The notes beneath the pieces are model-generated. The model searched no databases. It worked only from the letters and a program-made list of their open reading frames with translations, and had not been told where the DNA came from. A stretch of 11,361 nt of DNA, taken from assembly GCA_964447495.1 (NCBI GenBank), contig CAYUTF010000096.1, forward strand, positions 1-11,361, in the 5' to 3' direction. How positions within the stretch are numbered: the stretch's first letter is position 1; the number at the start of each line of letters is the position of its first letter. Below, one piece after another: positions 1 to 6,589 of the stretch. The position numbers were made by a program, and so were the translations under genes. This DNA comes from an uncultured archaeon. Its GTDB lineage: Archaea; Asgardarchaeota; Lokiarchaeia; Sigyniarchaeales; SOKP01.

Positions 1-320
1 AGAACTTGCTTTTCATAAGATTCACCGATAATTTTAAAATTCGCCTGATTGGGAGTAAATGAGGTTGCAGCATCAGAGGAATCACCATCGATAGTGTAAT
101 ACCACGGTGCAAGTGTTCCCGTTAATGTTGGATTCTTAACCCATAAGACATTAGAATATTGTTCCGTTCTTGAACTTTGAATATATTCTAACTCATTTAT
201 TTTATTGCCATTTAGATTCTTTAAATTTAAATATATATAGCTGCTAAAAACTAGACTTACTACTATTGCCGAAACTGCCAATAATGCAATTTTTTTAATT
301 TTTAGATGTAAGTTGAACAC
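1..320 (-). CDS. Secreted or membrane-anchored hypothetical protein, N-terminal part only (runs off the left edge)
   Basis: Manual translation: open frame from GTG at 320 to the window edge, MFNLHLKIKKIALLAVSAIVVSLVFSSYIYLNLKNLNGNKINELEYIQSSRTEQYSNVLWVKNPTLTGTLAPWYYTIDGDSSDAATSFTPNQANFKIIGESYEKQV. In-frame TAA just upstream (332-330). Basic n-region plus hydrophobic h-region indicates a signal peptide or anchor. Absent from the supplied ORF track. Exact start codon uncertain. Confidence 0.8.
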   Translation of the reverse strand, partial: MFNLHLKIKKIALLAVSAIVVSLVFSSYIYLNLKNLNGNKINELEYIQSSRTEQYSNVLWVKNPTLTGTLAPWYYTIDGDSSDAATSFTPNQANFKIIGESYEKQV

Positions 321-614
321 CTCATATTTTTAATACTTAATATTTCTTTTTCTTGGATTATTTTAATATGATAAGTTACTTAAGGAAATACTGATATAAA
401 AAACAAATACTTAAAATAAATAGGATTCGGGATCATAAAGAAAATTATTCATATTAAATTTTAAAATGCAATTATTATTTTTAGAATTCTTATAATTTGA
501 AGATTCTCGATTATTCAAATTGGATAAGTTTAATTTTATATGTTACTTAAGAAATAAATATATATAATTAAATTTACTAAATTAATTTAAAACTTTTATA
601 GAGGCACGAAAAAG
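321..614. promoter_or_regulatory. Divergent AT-rich intergenic promoter region
   Basis: Lies between divergent genes. Several TATA-like boxes (TTTTATA 534-540, TATATATAA ~559-567), GAGG Shine-Dalgarno-like motif at 601-604 before ATG 615, and a GTTACTTAAG direct repeat at 375-384 and 542-551. Confidence 0.55.
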
Positions 615-1871
615 ATGATTCAAGCGATATTGAGCTTTCAATTTAAATTGAATCAAAATGAGGATACTGGAGATATTAATCCAGAATTCAGCCCTATTCA
701 ACTGGTTTTTCAAAATGATCAATTTAAAGAAGAAAATTATTACGAACTCATCCAAGTTAATGATATATTCTCAACTTTTTATTCTCATACTACTGGTATC
801 ACTGGGATGAAATATGGTTATAGTAACTTTTACGAGGGGAGATTAAAAGAGACACCATATCAAATAGTTTCCTATTTCAAACAGCTAGCTGATGGTACTC
901 AATATCTTGCTATTTCAATCTATGAATTAGACGATGATATTGAATTATTCGAAGATTTAACGAAAGATATGGCAAAGCGATTAGATACAATATTTGAAAA
1001 ACTTACAAAAGCAGTTAATACACGACAATTGGATTTAATTTCTAATGTAAATATTAGATTGATGAATGAGTTAAAATATACAATTTTTCAAGTAGAACGT
1101 TTAAGTCAATTAGACAAATTGCAAAAAGTCGCTCTAATTTACAATAGCGATGAACGGATGAAAATTTTAGAGACATTAAGGGAAAATCCAATTTCTAAGA
1201 GTGATATGAAAAAAATTGTCGAAAAAATGAAACCTACGGCTAATATAGATATCTTATTACGACCCTTCTTAGAATTAAACTTGATCCGCCGGGATTGGAT
1301 TAAAGGCGAAAAAGATAAAAAAACAGGAATAATTAAAAATCAAGGGGAATATTTATTCTTGGTAAAAGACATCCTTTTTTCAAGAGTACCTAATGAAAAT
1401 TTGTTAAAACATTTTAAAGATACAAATAATGAGCTCCTTCCTATATTTACTCAAAAATCTGTCGATTATTTTGCTGAATATGATCCATACAAACAAAGCT
1501 ATGAGGAAATGAAAAAATTGGCCGCTATTCTTCTGAATCCAGACGTCTACGATTTTTTTGTTTTGATGAGATCCAATCATTATCCATTAGATAAAATCCC
1601 AAAAATCTTTTCAGAGTTCGCAGTGACCGAAATTCTTCTAGATAATCTAAAAAAGTTGAATATTATTACCGAGATTAAGGATCAGAATAAACGTAGTTGG
1701 ATTTTATTGTTAACAGATATTAGGCCTTTAACCATTTTTCCCGAATATTTACTTCCAAAAATCCGAGAAGCTTACAGAAAAGAAGATGAGGTAGGTAAAA
1801 TTACCTATGAAGTAGCTAAAAAAGCTTTAAACCTATTGGAAGTCACATATCCCGAAAAGGTTACCTTTTAA
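615..1871 (+). CDS. Hypothetical protein: putative longin-like N-terminal domain plus tandem winged-helix domains
   Basis: 418-aa ORF with GAGG RBS. aa ~1-165 read as beta-beta-alpha-beta-beta-beta-alpha-alpha (IQAILSFQF / IQLVF / helix / NFYEGRL / YQIVSYF / YLAISIY / helices), consistent with a longin fold. aa 171-259 and 301-376 are mutually similar wHTH-like repeats. The ORF is certain; domain calls are inference. Confidence 0.75.
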   Translation: MIQAILSFQFKLNQNEDTGDINPEFSPIQLVFQNDQFKEENYYELIQVNDIFSTFYSHTTGITGMKYGYSNFYEGRLKETPYQIVSYFKQLADGTQYLAISIYELDDDIELFEDLTKDMAKRLDTIFEKLTKAVNTRQLDLISNVNIRLMNELKYTIFQVERLSQLDKLQKVALIYNSDERMKILETLRENPISKSDMKKIVEKMKPTANIDILLRPFLELNLIRRDWIKGEKDKKTGIIKNQGEYLFLVKDILFSRVPNENLLKHFKDTNNELLPIFTQKSVDYFAEYDPYKQSYEEMKKLAAILLNPDVYDFFVLMRSNHYPLDKIPKIFSEFAVTEILLDNLKKLNIITEIKDQNKRSWILLLTDIRPLTIFPEYLLPKIREAYRKEDEVGKITYEVAKKALNLLEVTYPEKVTF

Positions 1872-1905
1872 ATTAGATAAAAAAGAAAAGAGAGGAATCT
1901 AGCAA

Positions 1906-4137
1906 ATGTATTTATTTAAAGATAAAGATGAAGTGGAAATAAAATATTCTTGTAAGATTTGTTTAAAAGATATTCCCTTTAGAATAAGTAAAAAAGAATA
2001 CATGGAAGTTACTAAATTTCCCATCAAAAAAGAATCTGTTCATGGAGACCCTGAACATAAATTAATTGTATATTTCAATCAATACTTAGAAGTGGAAAAC
2101 TTTGAGATAAAGCACACTGTAAAACGAGAAGAAGTGTCTTATTCTGAAGAATTAACAAAACAAGTTTTAAGTGAGCTTGATTTAACGGATAAGGAAATAG
2201 AATTATACTTTAGGACTACTGGGAGAGAAGCAGTTTCAGTGGGCGAAATGGCTCTATTAATTAATGAACCTAAGGCTGTGTGTCAAAAAATTGCTGAGAA
2301 GTTTATCGAAAAAGGGTTATTTAAAGAGATCGTCGGAGCTCAACCTCATTACACGGCTCTACCACCTTATGCGGCTTTAGTAAGTCAATTAAGGAAATTC
2401 CGAACTTATATTTCCGAAATAAAACATAGCATTCCCCAACAATTAAACCAATCTTTCGCAAAACTGGAAAGTAAAACGGGAAAACAAGAAGTAGCAGTAA
2501 AACCTAAAGAGTCTGGTAAATTGATGAAAGAATTAAAAGATAATATGATGACTCAAATTCAATCCCAAAAAAAAGAATTTGATGAAACATTAGCTGTTAT
2601 GGATCAAATTCGAGGAATCACAAAAGATATTTCTAATTTAGAAGGCTATACCGATGAGATTATTAGTAGTCCTCAGATAGGCAATCTTTCTTCAAAATTT
2701 GACCAGATCAATAAAAAAACCTCACAAATCATCAAAGACCAAGTTTCGGATTTAAAAAATGAATTCGACAACATTAAGACGACGGTTTCTGGTAATTTAC
2801 AAAAACTACGATTAGGAGTTATACAACAAACAGTAGACCAAGTCATTGAAAAAGTGGTTAATGCCCGTTTAAAAGATATAACTGATTCAATTAATGTTCA
2901 ATTGAGTGTCAACCAGATGGCTTTTAGTGATGAGTTAAAAAAAACCTCAACTGGATTGAACACTGAAATAATCTCAAAATTGAAGGATTCATTACAAAGT
3001 ACTCTGAAAAATATAAATGGTCTAGCTTCAAAAGCAGAAGAGGATAAAGAAAAAATCTATTCAGATATCGCAGAGAATTTTAATAAAGCAGTTCAAATGG
3101 CAGAAGAAAAAATAGAAGGAATCTCTGGAAGTGCATTTGAAGGTCTCGGTGATTTAAAGGATACGTTCTCTAATCAAATTGTTAAAACTCTTGATGACAC
3201 TTTGGATGATATCCTTAATAAATTAGAAACGTCTGAGAAAGTCACCAATGAATTCTGGGATCAAGCAAGAACGGGACGTGGATTTACCATGAAAGATATT
3301 TGGTTTATTCGATCCCCCGAGAGTGCTAAAGCTCATATAAATGAAGAAATATCAAAAGCTAAAATGAGGGTTTTGATTGTGACTCCTCAACTCACGGATA
3401 TTGATATTGATGCTATTAAAAGTCGACCTTCTCATGTTAATTTCAGAGTAGCCACAAATTTTAATCTTGCGGATCCAGAACATGCTGCTATAATTGAACA
3501 ATTTGACAAAATGGATAACGTTGATTACCGACAACGAGGATTGCAAAATTTATGGGGTATTAACAAAGACTATGAGGAGGTGGTTATCTGTGTTTTATCG
3601 AAAACTGAAATTAAAGGCGATACAATTACAGAAATCGCTGGTATTGGAAGTATAATAGAAGAACATATTAAGATATTTGTTCCAATACTTGAAGAAGCCT
3701 GGATGTCTGCAAGAAAGGAGGTTCTACACGGTATTAAACAAGAAGTTCTTCAAAAAACTACACCCGAAACACCTAAACCTGCTCGAGTACTTCCTAAACC
3801 TCAAGTGGAAATTCCAAAACCCACTGAAGAAGAACCTGTAAGGAAATTAGAAGAACCTCTACCGGCACAAGCCCCTTCCCCAGAAGCAAAAGCTCTTCTT
3901 AAAAAGCAATTTGATTTAATATTTGATGGATTAGAAACCTTAACAGGATTGGAGATTTCTAAAACACTTGAAAAATTTCAGAATGAATATATTAAGAAGC
4001 AAGGATACAATAGCGTATTAAAAAGTATTCATAATACCAGCTCCGATCTCCGCAGCAAAACATATGTTCTTAGTCAATCAGAACGGGATGATATTAAAAT
4101 GAAAATGAAATTTTGGCTTCAAAAACTCGGTTTATGA
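1906..4137 (+). CDS. Multidomain TrmB-like protein: putative Zn domain + TrmB wHTH + long amphipathic/coiled-coil insert + PLD-like domain + Pro-rich linker + C-terminal helical bundle
   Basis: 743 aa with GAGGA RBS at 1892-1896. C16xxC19...H46xxxxH51. TrmB HTH pattern at aa 88-155 (LxxLDLTxxExxxY...KGLFKEIVGAQPHYTALPP). Helical aa ~156-455. TrmB C-terminal/PLD-like pattern at aa 463-604 (IWFIRS..AKAHINEEISKAKMRVLIVTP...INKDYEEVVI...ILEEAW). Pro-rich aa 618-660. Helical aa 661-743. Confidence 0.8.
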   Translation: MYLFKDKDEVEIKYSCKICLKDIPFRISKKEYMEVTKFPIKKESVHGDPEHKLIVYFNQYLEVENFEIKHTVKREEVSYSEELTKQVLSELDLTDKEIELYFRTTGREAVSVGEMALLINEPKAVCQKIAEKFIEKGLFKEIVGAQPHYTALPPYAALVSQLRKFRTYISEIKHSIPQQLNQSFAKLESKTGKQEVAVKPKESGKLMKELKDNMMTQIQSQKKEFDETLAVMDQIRGITKDISNLEGYTDEIISSPQIGNLSSKFDQINKKTSQIIKDQVSDLKNEFDNIKTTVSGNLQKLRLGVIQQTVDQVIEKVVNARLKDITDSINVQLSVNQMAFSDELKKTSTGLNTEIISKLKDSLQSTLKNINGLASKAEEDKEKIYSDIAENFNKAVQMAEEKIEGISGSAFEGLGDLKDTFSNQIVKTLDDTLDDILNKLETSEKVTNEFWDQARTGRGFTMKDIWFIRSPESAKAHINEEISKAKMRVLIVTPQLTDIDIDAIKSRPSHVNFRVATNFNLADPEHAAIIEQFDKMDNVDYRQRGLQNLWGINKDYEEVVICVLSKTEIKGDTITEIAGIGSIIEEHIKIFVPILEEAWMSARKEVLHGIKQEVLQKTTPETPKPARVLPKPQVEIPKPTEEEPVRKLEEPLPAQAPSPEAKALLKKQFDLIFDGLETLTGLEISKTLEKFQNEYIKKQGYNSVLKSIHNTSSDLRSKTYVLSQSERDDIKMKMKFWLQKLGL

Positions 4138-4151
4138 AACCTCCTACAAAA

Positions 4152-4188
4152 TAAAATACTTATTATTTTAGACTTTATTTTTCTTTTT
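4152..4188 (+). promoter_or_regulatory. Putative BRE/TATA-like promoter for a leaderless MBL transcript, overlapping a T-rich possible terminator of the upstream operon
   Basis: AAAATACTTATTAT with its TATA-like core about 30 nt before ATG 4189. No SD motif. T-rich tract at ~4175-4188. Confidence 0.35.
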
Positions 4189-5184
4189 ATGGTACAAGAA
4201 TTAATCACGCTCAATTCGGGAAAGATTTACGATTATCTCTATCATATTGATGTTAGAGCGTATGGGAAACCAAGAATGCTATCTATTTATCTTGGTCAAT
4301 TTGATGATGGAAGTATATTACTTGATTGTGGATCATCGTTAGATATAAAAAAAGTATTAAGGTATGTTAAAAAGAATAATATTCCCTTATCATCATTTAA
4401 ATACCTTATTACATCTCATCATCATTTTGATCATTGTGGTGGGATGTATCTTCTCTATAAAAAGCTAAAGAAGCATAATCCTAATGTGAAGATCTTAACT
4501 AATAGGGTGACTATGGACTTACTCAATAATTATGAAGAACATTTAAAGAGAGCTAAGCGAACATATGGTGATTTAATTGGTACAATGGAATCTATAGAGG
4601 AAAAAGCATTTAAGATTATAAAACCAAGTATGATTTTCAGTTCTGATCCTAATAATCTCGAAATACTTGATATTTTTCAAAAAAATAATGATGAAATTAA
4701 ATTAGGAATACTACATACTCCGGGGCATACTCCCGATCATCAAAGTGCTTTCTTAATAAGAGGCAATCAAATGGAGTTTATCTTTCTCGGTGAAGCAGTA
4801 GGAACTATATATCATTCTTCAAAATTAGTTACAATGCCTACCTCTATGCCAACATACTTTAATTATAATGATTTTATGGAAACCTTGACCAATCTTAAGA
4901 AACTTAATCCTTTAAAAGCGGGCTTTGGGCACTTTGGTGTTATTAACGGGAAAGAAAATGTGAAGCAAATCTTGATGGAACATGAGACTTTTCTTGAGAA
5001 ATTTAGAGCCAAAATTATGCAAGCTTATAAAGAGAAACCCGAAACAAAATATGTTCTTAAAAAATTATTCCCAATATTAACTCCAAGAACAGATTTAAAT
5101 ATTAAGGAAAATCCGGTATTCAATGGGATAGCACTGGGGATCGTATATGGTATGATGATGGACTTAGGATACAGGAAAGGATAA
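4189..5184 (+). CDS. MBL-fold metallo-hydrolase
   Basis: LLDCG, the HxHxDH motif (SHHHFDHCGG), HTPGHTPDH, FLGEAVG (usually GD) and GFGHFG. Confidence 0.93.
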   Translation: MVQELITLNSGKIYDYLYHIDVRAYGKPRMLSIYLGQFDDGSILLDCGSSLDIKKVLRYVKKNNIPLSSFKYLITSHHHFDHCGGMYLLYKKLKKHNPNVKILTNRVTMDLLNNYEEHLKRAKRTYGDLIGTMESIEEKAFKIIKPSMIFSSDPNNLEILDIFQKNNDEIKLGILHTPGHTPDHQSAFLIRGNQMEFIFLGEAVGTIYHSSKLVTMPTSMPTYFNYNDFMETLTNLKKLNPLKAGFGHFGVINGKENVKQILMEHETFLEKFRAKIMQAYKEKPETKYVLKKLFPILTPRTDLNIKENPVFNGIALGIVYGMMMDLGYRKG

Positions 5185-5273
5185 ATTTCAAAATCTCTCT
5201 ATATTCATAAAAATTATTATTAAAAAGAGTGTTATATATAATTTAAAATGGATATTGTTCTTCTATCTATATA

Positions 5274-6482
5274 ATGACTGCTTCCACTGAAAAATTCGAT
5301 GTTTGTATTGTAGGTGCAAGTATTGCGGGGAATTATTTATGCTATTTACTATCTAAAACAAACCTAAAAGTCGTAATAATAGAAGAACATAAGGAAGTAG
5401 GCTTACCGTTTCAATGTGCTGGTATTATATCCCAAAAAATTACACAATTAATCGAGCTTCCTGAAAATATCATTAAAAATCGAGTTAATGTTGCAAAAAT
5501 CGTCTCACCATCAGGAGCAGCAATTAAATTAACTGGTAATGAACGTCCCTATATTATTGATAGAGTTTTACTTGATAAACATTTTTATAATCTGGCTAAA
5601 ATTAATGAAAATAATATGTTTTATTTAGGGGAAAAAGTGAAATCATTCGAATATTGTGGACAAGGACAAGAGAAAATAATTAATGTCACTACTTCCAAGC
5701 GAGTATTGAAAGTTAAACTCCTTATCGGATGTGATGGACCTCTTTCTCTAATAGGTAACTCTTTGAAAGTTAAAAATAAAGTTTTATATGCTACCCAAAT
5801 TCGAATTAAAGCTCAATTTAATGAGAATGAAGCGGTTTTAGCCTTTAATCCACAATGGAAAGAGTTGTTTGGGTGGATCGTCCCTGAAGGTCAAAATATT
5901 TTTAGAATTGGTATTGCCGCTTCGCATAATATTAAGCAGAATTTCGATAAATTCTTAAAAATGTTAAATATTAATTACGAGGATAAAATAGACCAGCAAG
6001 GGGGACTTATTCCATATGGTATGATGAATAAATGTACCTTTAATAACATCTTATTGCTTGGTGATGCTGCAGGACAAGTAAAGGCAACAACAGGTGGAGG
6101 AATCATAATGCTAATTACCGCAGCGAAGATAGCATCTGAATGTATTCGAAAATGTTTTATATATGATAACTATACAAAAAAATTTCTCAAAAAGCATTAC
6201 GAAAAACCGTGCAGAGCATCAATAGGAAAAGAATTAAAAATTCACTACCTTATCAGAAAATTATTAGAATCATTTAATAAGGACGATTTTGACACTTTCT
6301 TTAAAGTTATAAAAATGCATAAAATTGAGCAAATTATCTCTCTTTACGGAGATATGGATTTCCCAAGAGAACTAGCTTTTAAAATTATAAAGAGTTCCCT
6401 ATTTGTAAAGTTTCTTTTCAAGTTTTTACTTCGAAAACCAATTCTCCTTTTAAAAATGCTGTTTATTTTAATCTTATCGTAA
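5274..6482 (+). CDS. Geranylgeranyl reductase family FAD-dependent oxidoreductase (DGGGPL reductase-like)
   Basis: N-terminal dinucleotide-binding motif DVCIVGASIAG, GLPFQCAG, IDRVLLD, IGCDG, FGWIVP and LLLGDAAGQVKATTGGGI, all typical of archaeal GGR-family proteins. Confidence 0.92.
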   Translation: MTASTEKFDVCIVGASIAGNYLCYLLSKTNLKVVIIEEHKEVGLPFQCAGIISQKITQLIELPENIIKNRVNVAKIVSPSGAAIKLTGNERPYIIDRVLLDKHFYNLAKINENNMFYLGEKVKSFEYCGQGQEKIINVTTSKRVLKVKLLIGCDGPLSLIGNSLKVKNKVLYATQIRIKAQFNENEAVLAFNPQWKELFGWIVPEGQNIFRIGIAASHNIKQNFDKFLKMLNINYEDKIDQQGGLIPYGMMNKCTFNNILLLGDAAGQVKATTGGGIIMLITAAKIASECIRKCFIYDNYTKKFLKKHYEKPCRASIGKELKIHYLIRKLLESFNKDDFDTFFKVIKMHKIEQIISLYGDMDFPRELAFKIIKSSLFVKFLFKFLLRKPILLLKMLFILILS

Positions 6483-6555
6483 ATTTGTTTTTGTACAATT
6501 TTGTAATCAAATTCTCTGAATGTTTATAACTTCTTATAGCAAGGTATATTGTAAT

Positions 6556-6570
6556 AAATTACTTTTATAA
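6556..6570 (+). promoter_or_regulatory. Putative BRE-TATA box for the URO-D-like gene
   Basis: AAATTACTTTTATAA. The TTTTATAA at 6563-6570 begins 27 nt upstream of ATG 6590, which suits a leaderless archaeal transcript. Confidence 0.4.
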
Positions 6571-6589
6571 TTTTTAGGGTAATTTGAAA

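Noticed and set aside
589-600. AAAACTTTTATA as the TATA box for the gene at 615
   Set aside because: It ends only 14 nt before the ATG, too close to allow a transcript that includes the GAGG RBS.
3352-3546. 64-aa minus-strand ORF
   Set aside because: Antisense shadow inside the 743-aa gene, with no recognisable motifs.
4081-4134. MIM1 (Vps4-binding) motif at the C-terminus of the 743-aa protein
   Set aside because: ERDDIKMKMKFWLQKL does not fit D/ExxLxxRLxxL well and is better explained as the last helix of a bundle.
1906-4137. SMC or methyl-accepting chemotaxis protein call for the long helical protein
   Set aside because: No Walker A/B motifs, hinge, TM helices or MCP hairpin signature.
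615-4137. Anti-phage defence system with a PLD nuclease
   Set aside because: The HKD catalytic motif is absent, there is no NTPase, helicase or methylase partner, and the context is housekeeping with no mobility genes.
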